A stretch of 64,000 nucleotides of DNA from contig OZ316898.1 in the NCBI GenBank assembly GCA_973895155.1, positions 6,373,079 to 6,437,078 of the forward strand. The letters are read 5' to 3'. The translations under genes were made by a program, and so were the position numbers. The notes under the pieces are model-generated. The model was not told where the DNA came from. It was given only the letters and a program-made list of their open reading frames with translations, and searched no databases. Each line of letters starts with the position of its first letter. Within the stretch, counting starts at the first letter, position 1. Source of the DNA: Marsupella aquatica. Taxonomy: Eukaryota > Plantae > Marchantiophyta. Positions 14,582 to 28,387 of this stretch are shown piece after piece.

Positions 14582-17053
14582 TCTGTTGTGTAGCGATGTT
14601 TCTGCGCACGACACCCGACTCGCGGGAGTCCCCCTTCCTCGCAGCTCGCGTCCTCGCGGGCTTGCGGCCCCCCTGCCCGGTCACTCGCGGAGCCCCCTAA
14701 GGGGGTTTTAATTTCCCCCTCCGCCCGCAGCTCGCGCCCTCGCACCTAGTAGCTCGCTCGCCCCATAATTAACCCGGGTCTAGACAAAACTGTTGGGGTC
14801 TCCGACTATCCCGAGATGCTTTAAAAAACTTTACAAACTTAAAGAACATTAAAAAAACTCGCGTCTATGGGCTTATTTATTTACAGGTGTCTTGCTGGTG
14901 ACACTAATGGTGACTTACCGTGGCGGGACCCCGTCACAACTCCCCACCCCTATGGCTATAAACGCAGGCTATCTTGGAGTCAAATGCTACTTCAACTTGG
15001 GATTTAAAGAATTTAAAGGACTCTAGTGCCTCACTTTTGAGCTTGAGAAAATTGACCCACGTAAATCTGGAATAGTCATCAATGAAAGTGATAATGTACC
15101 TTGCGCTGGAGAGTGTTGGTATGGGAAATCATGGTCCACATAAGTTTGTGTGAATCAACTCCAGAGGTCTGTGTGATCTGGAGGCGGCAGCCTTGGGAAT
15201 TTTGTGACAAGTTTGTTTTCCCTTCACACAGTCTCGTAGATGTGGTTCTCAGATGGCAATAGAGGGACTCCAACAACGAGGTTATGTTGAGTCATGTGAG
15301 CAATTCTCTGAGAGCTGGAGTGCCCCAGACGTTGATGCCATAGTTGAGACATAGAGAGTCGTGATTCAGACAGATGAAATTGGGCCAATAGACTTGGGTG
15401 CGTGAGAAGCTAGTCTATGTTGAGAACATTTGGTCTGGTCGACTATGCCAGGAAGTTGTAGTTTATACAACTTACTCAAAGGATCTCGTGTTCCTTTGAG
15501 ACGTACCTTGTGTCCAGGTCGTTGTTGATCCAAAAGTAGCAGTTCGATGAATTGAAGATGACTGAGTGTCCCTGGTCGGCAAGCTTCCCGTTGGATAGGA
15601 GGTTCCTACTGGTAATACTAGGGACGTAAAGAACATCAAAAACTATTTTATTGCTTGAAATTGGAATACATCCAGATCTGGACACAGGCATCTTGGATCC
15701 GCTGGCACTTAGGACATTGGACTTAGGCAAGCTGCCACAAAGTGTGATAAAGTCGCTTTTATCACAGCTAATGTGGGTGGAAGTTTCACTATCAAGAATC
15801 CAAGTGTGACTATTAGGACGAGTGTCGTCAAGCTCACTGAGCATTGCTTCAACCATGAGGGCTGACTCATCGTCAATGGGGGCACTGTTCTTCTCAAAAT
15901 CGCTATCCCCGATGTCGCTATGAGTAGCCAGGTAGGACTTGGGTCCAAAACCCTTGATGTCTTTGATGCTTTGAGTTAACTCTCACATCTGAGTGGGAGA
16001 CATGGACTTAATATCAGCATAGGCAGGCCTGTTTTTCAAAATAGTCAGGTTCCCAGTGTCCTTTCTTACTGCAGTAGTTGCAGGAGGGTTTGCCAAAAAA
16101 AACTCATGGTGCAGCATTCTTAGGCCCCCATCGGTTGAGCCTGCCACGGCCACGACCCTTCCTTGACTGTAGTCTCATTGTTGATCTCCATGATGGGATA
16201 TCTGGGCTTCATGTCGGTTGTCGCTAGATGCAACGAGGAGTGACTGTTCTGCATGATCTCCAAGTTAGAGGCTTTCGGCAGAACTACTTTGCCTGAAGGT
16301 ACTCTTCAAAGTCTACAAAGGTAGCGGTAGTATCTTTGGAATACAAGACACCGTTACAAACATACTTAAATGATGCCTAGCTAGCAGGAAGGTTACACAA
16401 TTATACTATCTGAATGAGTTCCTTGTCAAGTATCTCTTTGTCTATTGATCGGGCTATTGATGCAAGCTGCATCACATGATGATCAATTTTCTTGAGGTAT
16501 TCTTCAACTGATGCTCCCTCATGCATCTTGAACTCAACTAGGGCAGTTTTAAGATCTAACTTCCGCTGAATGGCGGTGGATTTAAACTTCTGCTTGAATG
16601 AGAGTACGTGACCCAGAGTTAGCTGGGTCCTTCAAGCATAGTTTCCTAATGATAGGAAATATAGAGACAGTGGAGGCTTTGGTAAGAATTATGATTACCT
16701 GCTCCTTGTCTTTCTGAACCGGGTCTACAATGAGTCTTGTTGTAGCTGTGCTGCTGGTGGCTCCTAACGTGCTGCTCGTGGTTGCGGTTGACCCTGAGAG
16801 TGATGGATTCTCTCCCCCAGCTCCAGGTAGCCCATTGGTGATAGGTTGAGCTGAAGGGTCGACAATGTACCACAGCCCTCTCTCCCGCAGAATCTGTTCA
16901 ACATGGAAGGCCCAGATGATGTAGTTTAGTGCTCCTACCAACTTTTCACTATCAGAGAAGGAGATCTTTGTGGTGTCGGAGGAAGACACATGTGGTGGGG
17001 CCTTGGAATGTCGTGGAGTAAAGAGTCTCAGAAATCTGGTAGCTCTAAGACCA

Positions 17054-17275
17054 TGAAGAAATTTTCTGAGAATACTTACTTAGTCCTCGTGACTGAGGGA
17101 AATTATACACATTGAGAGAAGACAGCCGTTAAGCGGCAACTAAGAGTGACCGTAGGATCAGAACCATCAAAGGGATGGAAGACAACCATCACAGCGGAAC
17201 AAGTGATTAGAATCCTAAAACACGTTGACGGACCAAACGAGTTCAAGTGTGACCACCAAACGAGAAGCCTCTTCA
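17054..17275 (-). repeat. 5' LTR of Copia D
   Basis: TGAAG..CTTCA inverted termini; degenerate Met-tRNA PBS TGGTCTTAGAGCT (minus, 17041-17053) adjacent and upstream of gag. Confidence 0.7.
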
Positions 17276-17853
17276 GATTTTGCAAAAAATGGTGATACAA
17301 AACATGTTTTTTTGTTAAAACAAGCTTTTTTGAAAAAAATTAAGAAATTGATCAGTTTTTGTATTGCGCCTAGTGACATTTTGGGAGCTAAACTAATGAT
17401 CTGGAAATAAAATATTTGGATGTCATGTTTTGCGAGAGACTAGAGACTAGAATACTCACATTTGGAAAAATAAAATGTGTTAGATAAATTTTTGCAGTTG
17501 TTTCCAAACTCAAGATTTTGACCAAAAACTAAATTTTTTATGATGAGCAACAGTACACTTAAAAAACTTTTCACATACCAAAAGTGATACCGCGTATCAA
17601 ATTTTGGATTCAGTTTACGAATTGACTTTTGCAACCTGCCCAAGCGTTGTTTGATAACAAATTCAAAATAATGATAATAATTTATGAATTGAAAGATACC
17701 CAAAACTCCAAATTTGATCGTCATGTGAACCCAAGGTTTAGGGACTACCACACAACTGCGCAGTTACATCCACAGTCAGTTACTTCAACTCACTTCCTGT
17801 TAAGCTAAGACTCATGACTAAATGACACTGTTGCACGATTCAAACCATCAAAC

Positions 17854-19140
17854 CTAATCCCAACCATGATCCACGCATTGAAAATACAAATAATTTTCTA
17901 GCTTATAAAATAATGGGAGGAATTCAATATGTGATCCTTGGATCATTGGGTTCCCAAACTCAAAACACGTACATCTTCAAAAACATGCTTTAAATTATTT
18001 TCCAGTCCTCCAAACCTTGAGAGGAATTACAATCGTGACACAAGGATCAGAATTATTGCGAACACACAAAAACCTCCTATCAAAACACCTGGTCAGTCCA
18101 TTTGTCACTAGAAGCAAAACATTGGGTATAATCCCAACCATGATACCTGGATCATACTGCTCTCAAAATTCTGGAAACCAGATCATTTTTATATTTTGTG
18201 TCTTAGTGAAAACCAATCAAGCTATGCCACATGGCAAACACAACCCCAAAACTATAAAAGCATGGTCCGTCATAAAATTTTGAGCTTCACTTTCATAGGA
18301 CCTTCATATTTTCCATTTGTGGGGCGCTCAAGATTTTGAAAAATTTGTAGTGTTTAAACAATCGTAGAGGCACATCCCGTGAGGAAACCTTGGTTGTATA
18401 GAGTTTATGATAACCATGTCTAGCTCTGAGTCATAAGAAAGCATTGCTAGTTCCATCCAATCCTCCCCCGGGGTTGTTCATAGATTTATTCCTTCTCATT
18501 TGCAAGCCAAACTTCCACCCTCTGAGCGAGTGAAGCCCCAAGTAGACATTAAAGACTCCAATTCAGAGGGAACTGACAAAGACATTTCTTCATATTACGT
18601 CTCACCCACTAAACCAGATAAATGTCGTCTATTCAATTTTCCATGTCAACAAAGTCAGATTGGCTCACCTTTAGGATCCCCGAAGTATTTGTTCAATTTA
18701 GAATAGAGAGAAAGCAAGTTTTGTCCGTGATGAGAGCATTGGATATAGGAATACCGACACCAGATTCAAAATCACCAGGAATTCTCATTGGAATGCGAAG
18801 GATGATCACAGGATCAAATTTGGTATTCCCCCCAATGGAACAAGGATCCGAGGAGGTTGAAAGGTGTGCTGGAATACCAACGGTGATCCATAGATCATCT
18901 TTGAGATTCATAACCGAGGACGGTTCGAAGGAGTCTAGAATTTGTCTAGGAATACCAACCATGATCCCTGTATTATCTAAGGTATTCCAAAGAAAACTTG
19001 GACCAGAGCAAGAGATAATCCAAATTGGTCCTCGAAGGATGATCACTGGTTCAACTTTGGTATTCCCAAGAGTTAGGGAACATGTACCAAAGGATACTCA
19101 TATTCGATTAAGACGACAAAGGATAATTATTGGATTACTC
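17854..19140. repeat. Degenerate 40-bp palindromic repeat array, GGAATACCAA-N3-TGATC-N4-GATCA-N3-TTGGTATTCC
   Basis: Best copies at 18790, 18871, 18949, 19027 (period 81/78/78); weaker copies near 17854, 17919, 18023, 18125, 18748, 19108. Confidence 0.75.
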
Positions 19141-19518
19141 AGGCAACAATCACCAGGGCAACCCCGAGTTAGTCCTTGCATACATGGAAATGGAGAATCG
19201 CCTCGTTTGTTGTAGAGTTGTAATTTTCCATTGCGTGAGGCAAAACTTCCATGTGTGCAGAGGTTATTTGATCACTATCTCCAAGCTGGAAACGACCCCA
19301 AAAGCGACAATAAAGACACTCCATTGGAGGGTCCACCTCGTAGAATTACACCTGAGAAGGTGGGGAGCATCTCAAGGATTAAACTAAGAGGGGATGATGT
19401 CCTCAGTTCAGGAGATTCATAACACTATTGGAAACCACGGACTCCTATAGTAGTTGAATGTTATTGTGAACTAGATGATGAAACTGATAGTGAAGATACC
19501 AAAAACATTGCTAGAGTT

Positions 19519-20713
19519 GTGAGGACTATTCTAGGATCACAACAGACTAGCAGTCCTTGTGAGGCCTCTGATAATGTGAATTATGAAGGTAATGCCTCCT
19601 ATGATGGACATGCAGTTCCATCCAGTCATTTATCTAGTTCCAGTAGTGCAGAGGAAAGTGAGTCAACTGAGTCTAGTTCTACCCATGGTCCTCTCGAAGA
19701 TGGTGTTGGGGATGTTAATTCTACAATCAAGTTTCAAGATGGAATATTGAGAGAGAAAAGCCCTAGTAAAAAGTTGAGAGACAGAATAAGCAGGAAAGAC
19801 AATGTTATAAAAAGACAATTGAATAGAAGAATAACCAAGGATGTGTTCAAATATTCATGTTGTGAGAGTTTTTGTTTGAGGGAATTGGGTTTAGAGCAAT
19901 GTGCCAAACAACGCAAATACTATTTTAGTCTCTCACGTACTCAAAAGAATATCCTTCTTCGAGGTTGCGTGATAAAGAGTGGATCGTATGGATTGAATGA
20001 GTATAGTGTTAATGGAAAGGTCTTATGTCGAGGAGGGTTTAAGAAACTCTTTTCAGTAGGAAACAACCGACTTGCAAAAATTTCACAAAATATGTATAGT
20101 CGAATAGAATATGATCCAAATTGCAAAGAGATTTCTCCTATGAACTTGACACTCATAAGTTGGTTAGAGGAATTCTTTCGAAAGAATGTGGAAAGTCTTC
20201 CTAACAAAGACATTTTCCATTTGCCTGACAACTGGTCAAAGTTGGAAGTTTTTGACACATTCCAAACTGAAACAAAATTATGCAATGAGGTAGGTGTTAC
20301 ATATTCTTGGTTTTGTCGAATTTGGGAAAAAAGTTTCTCAAGAATGCGAATCCCAAAGAGGAGTCGCTTCTCCACTTGCGGTCCATGTACCGAATTCAAA
20401 GCTCTTCGAGACAAAGCTATCTTGGAAGTTGATTTCGTAAGTTCTCAAAACTATCTTGTTAGTTTGGTTATTTTTTAAATTTTATTTTGGATGATTTGCA
20501 AGACTAACACCATTAATTGATACCATAACTTTAATTGACTTGATGACTTAGTTTTTTTCTGTGCTTCATTTGACCAAGCTAGAACTAATTTAATTTCTTC
20601 TAATTGCAGTCAGATATTCGACAGCACTTCAAAAACAATGTGTCACACAAAGTATTGAGAGGGAGAAATTGGCAAAACATCATCAAAAATGTTACAACCA
20701 TCCAAATAAGTTC
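19519..20713 (+). pseudogene. Sola-like DDE/D transposase, N-terminal half, ending at an inversion breakpoint
   Basis: SCCESFC, KVLCRGGFKKLFSV, ESLPNKDIFHLP, WFCRIWEKSF..RIPKRSRFSTCGPC; probable intron from 20437; then QSIEREKLAKHHQKCYNHPNKF to 20713. Confidence 0.7.
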
Positions 20714-22179
20714 AATCTGTAAGAGATTATAACTGATGAATGATAAACAACATGCATAGTGTACCTATCCCAAATCTAGTCATATTTGAACAGCACAAGA
20801 TAGGAACATATTGGGCCTGTTGCGTGTCATTATCCCTTAAAGAAGAAGATATATATGAAGGTATATATTGACTTACTAGATACTATATCCCTAAAACAAA
20901 TAAAATACCCTTTACTTCGTTCACATATGATGTCAAATTTGTGTAAGTGACCCCTCCCCCCCCCCCCCCCCAAGCTAAGACATACCTTTTGGCTTAGGAT
21001 ATATATTTGGACATTCCCTTGGGCATTAATACATTTTGATATATCAATGCAAACATATATAGACAAAACACATGTATGGACACATGATGTACCAATTAAT
21101 AATGGACACGTGTACCACTAATGTAATGCCACATGTTGTTACCTATTAATCCCCCATTCCATAGAAATAAAAATGAGAACATTTAAAAGGGTCTTGCAAA
21201 ATTAGAAGGAGGTTCAAGAATATATGTGCAAGTTAGTTCGGGGGTTAGTTGCTTGTAAAGTAATTATAAAAATTATTGCAAAAGGGATAAAATTGACCCT
21301 TGAATGGTTCTCACATCCTTCCCGTATTAGAATGGAGTGGGAGCCCAGGGGGTTTCCTTTCTACTTGTTCTTTCATAGCCCATTGTGGCTCTTTTGCCTT
21401 CTTGCTTGCTTGGTCCCCCTTCCGTGGGGTTCACGCGAAATAAACCAAAAAAAAATTGATTTTGAGTTGTGTTTCTGTTTATTTGGCTAGTGCCACTCGG
21501 CTAGGCGGCTTTGTTGGTGAGGGCCTGCCTGACTCGGGGTCTACTACGGGATTATGTTGAGTCACTTGGCCTGCCCGCTGGTGGCAGATGAGGGGACTGT
21601 TGAAAATCTATGAACCTATATTGTCCTTGGGTTTTATCTTCATCACGCCAACTGCCTCACTTAATTAATCTTAGCTATTATTTATTATGGTCGTTAGGCA
21701 CATCAACTATCACCAAATTAGGTAGTACAAGCACCTTAGGAAGATCATCCAGCTAATTTTGATGATATGTTGGAAGATTAACTGATTTTGTATCAATTTT
21801 TGAAAGTTAGACCGGTCAATAAACATTTTGTAAATTTTTGTTTTCTTGAAGTAATCAAACAAGTATTTCCCGCTGGTAATCTTGGATATTTTCCCAAGTT
21901 CCGTGCACTAAATATGTTGTTAAGAGTAGTTTTTTAGTCATGAACTTTTGCTAGTAGGGGTGGCTACCTTGTCGCTTGCTTTCTAGTCCCGATCAATATC
22001 AAATGTGATACGAGTATCATGTTATGTTTTTCTTTTTCCTTATCTAGTTTGGCTTAATTCCTTGATAGTGTATGTAACTAAATATTTGCTCCGTCCGTTG
22101 CAAAATGATATCTCCAATGATCTTCCACCTAGTGTCAGCAAAATTGAGTTGGATGATTTGATTAATTGCAACGAAGGTT

Positions 22180-23543
22180 TTGAACAAGGATTTGGTTCTC
22201 AAGGAAATTGATTTGAACGATGATTTGGATCCGAATGAAATTCTAATCACGATTGACAATTATGAGTTAAATCGCAAACATATGAAATTTTTGTTACCTG
22301 GAGGATGGCTAACATCGGAGGTTGTAAATTCATATTTAATTCTACTAAAGGAAAGGGAAGCCAAGAGGGAAGCGTGCAACACTTTCCTCACTATGAAGTG
22401 TCATTTTTTTGATACTTGGTTTTACACTTGGGGGTCTCACTATATGGATGCCTCCCCATCACCTACGACGTTTTTAGGCCTCGGACCCCCTAAAATGTAA
22501 GAAAATTTTTTTTGACCCCTATAAAGTTAGAATATTCTTAGAATATTCCAAAATTTTGGTTATAAGGACCCTAATGTTCTTATAAGTTCCAAAATTGGAT
22601 TTAAAAGACCCTATTGTTCTTCTCAAAAAATTCTTAAGTCTTTCCTTCGAACGGGTATAGCGACAGAGACACGAAACAGGTAAACGAGATTTTTTTTTCC
22701 AGGAAAATCACTGTTACCAGGAAAAATAATAATTTAAAAATGTCTCCTAAAACATGTTATTTCCAAAAAAAATTAACAATGCAACATTTTTGGCTAGCTT
22801 TGGGCGCTACTATTAGCAGCGCCGGGCACTAGCAAAAAAAACTGGTCGACCGGCAAATTTTATTTTTTTTCAAAAAACAATTTAAAAAAAAAAATCAAAA
22901 AAAATTTCCACCCATTTTCTTGTTACCAGTTTTTTTTCCTGTTACCAGTTTATGTTATTAAATCCTATTTCCTGTTTGCTGTCTTTTGTAAACACCTCCT
23001 TCAAACCAATAAAATGACCCTATACTTTGTCGCACGTGATATGTCATTTTTGTGGAAGTGAAACCCTCAAGGTTTTACAAACGTCTTTCAAACCCATCTT
23101 ATGGGTATAGCACAAGTGTTGCAAATTGGACAAAGAGGATAGGCTATAGCATATTTGAATGTGACAAGGTTCTTGTTCCTATTCATAATGAATCATCTCG
23201 ACATTGGTCTTTGGCAATAATCGACCTGAGGGCAAGGAAATTTGAATACTTAGATTCATTGTGTAATGAGGATACACAGGTACTCATAAACTTGGCTAAA
23301 TATCTTGATGACAAAGCACTTCACAAATCCAAACCACAACTTGATGCAATGACTTGGGAAAGAGTCCGAGAAAGAGTCACTCCCAAAAATATTCCTAAAC
23401 AATTAGATGACTATAATTGTGGGATGTTTCTTCTCAAGTTTGCTAGTTGCCGGACTTTAAATTTGGCTTTTGACTTCACCTCAAGTGATATGGAGAGGTT
23501 TAGAAGAGAAGTGATTTTACAAATCGTGACAAGAAAAATTTGA
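22180..23543 (+). pseudogene. Ulp1/C48 SUMO-protease-like gene interrupted by a MITE
   Basis: LLPGGWLTSEVVNSYL, HFFDTWFY|KRL, VLVPIH..RHWSL, YLDSL, PKQLDDYNCGMF (His-Asp-Cys triad plus Gln); removing 22427-23071 and one TSD restores the frame. Confidence 0.9.
22427..23071. mobile_element. Non-autonomous TIR element (645 bp), 8-bp TSD GTTTTACA
   Basis: TIRs CTTGGGGGTCTCACT / AGTGAAACCCTCAAG; TSD at 22419-22426 and 23072-23079. Confidence 0.9.
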
Positions 23544-23689
23544 TAGTTACACAACAAATTTGATACATAAATCATTAAATTGATGCTATTGTAATTTAGG
23601 ATTACACTCAATAAAATCAAATGCTATGATGATTGTACAATGTTTAGCTATTGTCAATATTTTCTTCATTTGCCTCCACTAATTCAAGA

Positions 23690-24335
23690 TTGCGCTCCAA
23701 AAGTGCAGCTTGTATTATTTGCCTTGTCTTCACTACTATTGTGTTGTTGGCTAACAAAGCAAAGTTTTATGCATACACAACTGTTTCTAATAGGTTCAAC
23801 TCGGCATGTAGAAGTTTCTTTGATGATGATGCCTCTTTCTCTGGATAATATTTTCCATCAATTGCAGAGTCAGATTCTCACTCAGTTGTATACCAAGTGA
23901 TTTTGATCTTTTGTGGAACATCATCAACTTTGGTTACTATCTTTGTCACCTTGGTCATCCAAAAAGGCCTTCCACTAGGATCTTGATAAGCAACAACACA
24001 AATCATGGAATATTTGTTATTGACCTCCATGTCTTTGAAATCTCCCAACTCCGTTTGCTTTCTTTGAGTACCCGAGTACATGGCTCTCTCTGGTCCAGCT
24101 ATTTTCTCTTGCAAAGTATCTTCGATAATCACTAGGGCTTTTGGGGTTGGCATCATTGAGCCACTTGTCGATTTGGGCCAAACCCAATTAAAACTCCATG
24201 TGGCATCCTCCAAATGGTTACATAAAATATCTTTCTGTTGATCAAAAAATGAATACCACCAAACTTTATCATCATTATCAAAATAATTGAACATCCTACT
24301 TCAATTGCTTTTCAATATTTCTCTAGAATGATGAG
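23690..24335 (-). pseudogene. Sola-like transposase, C-terminal region
   Basis: Same strand as, and contiguous with, 39975-39163 once Copia A (TSD CAAGT) is removed; ORF 24294-23878 with RPFWMTKV..ITWY. Left boundary approximate. Confidence 0.55.
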
Positions 24336-24340
24336 CAAGT

Positions 24341-24683
24341 TGTTAGGTATTTACTCAAGGTCTAGGGTTACGACATGTAACCGTAGTTAGGCTAACCGTA
24401 GTCGAAGATGTGGTTAGGTTAACTAGGATGCACACTATATGCCAAGCGGTGTTTGCTTGGATAAGTGGAACTTAGGCTCATTGTTACGGAGTCACTTGAG
24501 AGATGAGGAGAGCTTACACTATGAAGACTTGGTATGGCCGACGGGCTTAGAGTTCAGTAAAGCTCTCTTGTGTGTTCCCATGGACGTAGCCTCGAGGAGG
24601 TGAACCACATATCTCTTGTGTCGACTACTTGCGCGTTGGATGTGTCATGTGCTTACCGTTGTGATTATCGTCTATGCTCAACA
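24341..24683 (+). repeat. 5' LTR of Copia A
   Basis: Direct repeat of 38815-39157; followed by PBS. Confidence 0.97.
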
Positions 24684-27600
24684 ATTGGTATCAGAGCATG
24701 CCTGGGAGGTGACATTGTTCGTGATGGGATTTCGTGACAATTTTTCCAGTGTTGAGTGTCGGTGGATTTCCCGGAGTTTCGTCGCATGGAACTTGGAGTT
24801 TATGGGCTCAGCGGATAGATCGGGATGAGGGCTTTCTAACGGTGCAAAGAAATCGCTAAACAAAGTTTGTGGTGCGGAGAAATCTAAGTTTTTTGTCGTT
24901 CTGGATTTTGTGAAGAAAGTTGGCAACATTCGTGTTTGACGTTTTTTTGGAGGAGGGACCAGAGTTTATTTTTTCGACGGTGTGAGCTTTATGGTGCATG
25001 AGGCGTCGCATGTTATAGCTCCGCTTGTAGATCGGGATGAGCTGATTTGTTACCAAGTGAGTATCGTGTGCGACGGGACGAGCAAAAGAAGCGTTCTGAT
25101 TTTCTGACCGGTTATGGAGTCTTATTTTGCCTGAGAGGGGTTTCTTGTCGTTGCAATCAACTCGGAGGAAAAAGCGTCAAGTGTTTCAACTCAATAGAGA
25201 GATTGAGGCAAGACGATTGTTTTGAGTCCGGGATTGGCTCTTGATGCAAAGAGGATGGCTAAATAGAAATCAATTACCTTGTTGGACTTGGTGACGGCAC
25301 CAAGTGCAATTCATCAACATTCGTTATTGACAAGGTACCATTTTTTTCTCTTTGAAAAACTGATTCGAAATTGGCTATGGCAATTGAGAGAAATCTGTCA
25401 TCTTTACTAATTTTTTTCTTCCTCGTTCTTTCCTCGTTTTAGGTGCTTTTTATATCGATCTTCACCGCCTCGGAGTCTAGTTTCCAAATTTGAAATCAGA
25501 TCTTGATTTCGTCAAAACTTGAGTGAGATATCTTGCGTTTGGTGTCGAGGGGTACATTATGCCGTGTGCATTTTCTGCGCGCGCGACCAGATTTCGACGA
25601 CGAAAGGTGGTAGGGGGTTTTGGGGGTTCGAGGACACGTGTCATCCCCTCGATTGCTCTTCCAAAATCCCCACCGGGCCTGTACGAGGGTCATAGAATAT
25701 TCCAAAAAACCAGAGAGCTATTTCTTGTCTGTTTGTCAAAGATTCCGTCCGCCGAAAGGTAACTTTTTTCGTTCGTCTTCGGCAAGTTGCTAGCCATTGG
25801 AGTTGGCAACGCGGTGCACAAATTGAATTACATTTCCGACGTCAGGTACTAGTTCACTTTTTGGTTATTCCCCGAGGTGGTCAAAACGGGGGAGAATTCC
25901 ATATTTCACCCACCCTGACCGAAAAGTGAATAACTTTTACGTCGGAGTTCGGTTTTGATTCTGGTTTTCAGCGTTGGAAAGCTAGGCTCGTGGGCTACGT
26001 GGCACTAATAAATTTTGAGTTTTTTGAGAAGTTGAGAAAAATGTCATTTTTTCTTGATTTCTCACATGAGTGACTTGGAGGAGGGTTCTGTTGAGTCACA
26101 GGAGAGAACAGAGGAGGAAGCGGAAGATCTAGCGGAATTGTGGTCACCAGCATCGCGGCGAGTGACAAGAAAAAGGATGGGGACAATCAAGCTTGGAGGT
26201 CCCAAATTTGAGGTTACGAAATACGATGGTCGCATAGACTACTTGTTGTGGGAGTGACAAGTGAAGGGGGTACTTTGTGCGACCGGGCTTGGGAAATTGC
26301 TGAAGGACCAGCCAAATGATGTCGACAATGATGACTGGCAAGACATGCAGGAGCAGGCTATGAGCACCGTGATGCTCTATCTTCAACCTAATGTCATCAA
26401 GCAGTTGGCAGACCATGTCGATTGTGCATCATTGATTGCCGCGTTGGAGCAAAAGTACCATCAAAAGGAGCTATCAAATCGGCTCTACACATCTTTGAAG
26501 CTTATGAGCTTCAAGATGAAGGAGGGAAGTGCAAAGATTCAGGACCATATCAATGGTTTCAACGACCTGGTCATTGATTTGTAAAATCTGGGGGAAGATT
26601 TGAGTGATGAGCGGCAGGCTCTTCACTTACTTAGCTCTTTACCCTCGTCGTATCAGTCATTGTTATGAGTGGTGCTTCATCGTGACAGGAAGACTATCAC
26701 TTACAATGAAGTTGTAAGTGCTCTATTGACTGATGACTTGCTGCAGAAATTGACCATGCCCTCTCAGCCATCATTGTCGTCTGGTGCTGCCTTGAATGTG
26801 AATCGTGGAAGGTCACAAAAGCGTCCAGAGCAGCGCACGAATGGCAGGGGAAGAAATAAATCTAGGACAAGATTTGCTTCAAGGGGGAAGTCCCAGGAGA
26901 GGAAGCCGGTGGTATGTTGGAAGTGTGGCAAGACTGGCCACGTTAAGAGGGATTGTAAGGGTAAGGCAGCTGAATCTTTATCAGCCAATGTGGCTAGTGT
27001 TGATGGAGAAGTTGATTTACTCAATGATGAGTATGTTTTATGAAGTTAGGAGTATGCCCTGTGCACATCATCTAGGAGAGCAAATGATGTGTGGATTCTT
27101 GATTGTGCTTGCTCCTTTCACATTTATTACATTCGCGAGTATTTCAATTCTTATCTTGTGTCAAACGGTTCAGTTTTGATTGGAAATGATCACTCCTGTT
27201 GAGTTGAGAATATTGGATCTGTAAAGATTCAAATGTTTGATGGCATTGTGCGCACAGTGTCTAGAGTCGAGTTTGTACCTGGCATGTGTAAGAATTTGAT
27301 TTCACTCAGTGTGTTGGATACAAATGGTCATCAATGGCGAGTAATTGATGGTGAACTTCAAGTCATGTTGGGAGAGATAGTGATTTTGAAGGGGAGCAAA
27401 CAGAAGAATTTGTATGTGTTGCAGGGCAATACAGTATGTGGAGAGGCCAATGTAACCAAGTCTCACGAGGAAATGACTCAACTGTGGCATGTACGGCTAG
27501 GTCATATGAGTGAGAAGGGTTTGGCTATCTTGCGGAAGAATGGGCTCATTTCTGATTTGCAGTCTTGTAAATTGGATTTCTATGAACATTGCATTTTTGG

Positions 27601-28261
27601 AAAGTAGCATCGTCATGCTTTCGGTGTTGGAACTCATCGTTCCAAAGCGGTTCTTGAGTACATACATAGTGACGTGTGGGGACCATCCCCGACTCCCTCA
27701 CATTCTGGAAAATTGTACTATGTATTCTTCATTGACGATTACTCAAGATTTGTATGGATTTATTTCATGACGCATAAGTCTGATATCTTGTCTATTTTTT
27801 CAAAGTGGAAGGCCCAAATGGAGAATCAGACAGGAAAAACGGTTAAGTGTTTGGATACCAGGGTGAAAAGTCTGAGGTCAGACAACGGCGGGGAGTACAC
27901 TTCAATAGAATTTGAAGAGTATTGTGCAAAACAGTGGATAACTCGCCATCTCACTAGAGTTTATACTCAACAGCAGAATGGTGTCGTTGAGAGGCTCAAT
28001 CGTGTTGAGCATAGACGACGATCGCAACGGCAAGCCCATGAACCATCCAACGCACAATAGTCGACACAAGAGATACGTGGTTCACCTCCTTGAGGCTACG
28101 TCCACGGGAACACACAAGAGAGCTTTACTGAACTCTTAGCCCGTCGGCTATACCGAGTCTCCACAGTGTAAGCTCTCCTTATCTCTCAAGTGGCTCCATA
28201 ACAATGAGCCTTGGTTCTACCTCTCCAAGCACACATGCCTCTTATGATATAGTGTGCAACT

Positions 28262-28387
28262 TAGTTGTACCTAACCACATAGTTGTACCTAATCACGTAG
28301 TTGTACCTAACCACATAGTTGTACCTAATCACGTAGTTGTACCTAACCACGTAGTTGTACCAACCCACGTTGTTGTACCAACCACGT
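28262..28387. repeat. 18-bp tandem repeat TAGTTGTACCTAACCAC(A/G) in LTR of B; 7 copies here, 5 in the other LTR (~36208-36297)
   Basis: Directly visible; accounts for the 36-bp LTR length difference (421 vs 385 bp). Confidence 0.95.

Larger units (their letters stand above)
11478..14938. mobile_element. LTR-like segment (TGTCAC..GTCACA) hosting a solo LTR and a 101-bp tandem array
   Basis: TG..CA termini; right end abuts Copia D integrase codons (RGGE) at 14939; non-coding; TSD not matched. Confidence 0.5.
8448..17275 (-). mobile_element. Old degenerate Ty1/Copia element (D), 3'-truncated and interrupted by nested insertions 9633-14938
   Basis: gag (LNYIIWAFHVEQIL..GLWYIV, 16989-16582), zinc knuckle CNYCSKKGHW (~16055-16083), protease WILDSETSTH (~15800), integrase FIDDYSRFTW..RGGE (15150-14939) continuing at FLWEELVRTANHINNR (~9630-9200), RT N-half WIEAMQLEL..FKARVVARG..HMDVVTTFLN..SIYGLKQ (8900-8450). 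Confidence 0.85.

Noticed and set aside
9766-14745. Many short overlapping ORFs
   Set aside because: Expected in GC-rich LTR and tandem-repeat DNA; no domains recognised.
18790-19066. CRISPR array interpretation of the palindrome/spacer pattern
   Set aside because: Repeats too degenerate, spacers weakly related, eukaryotic context, no cas genes.
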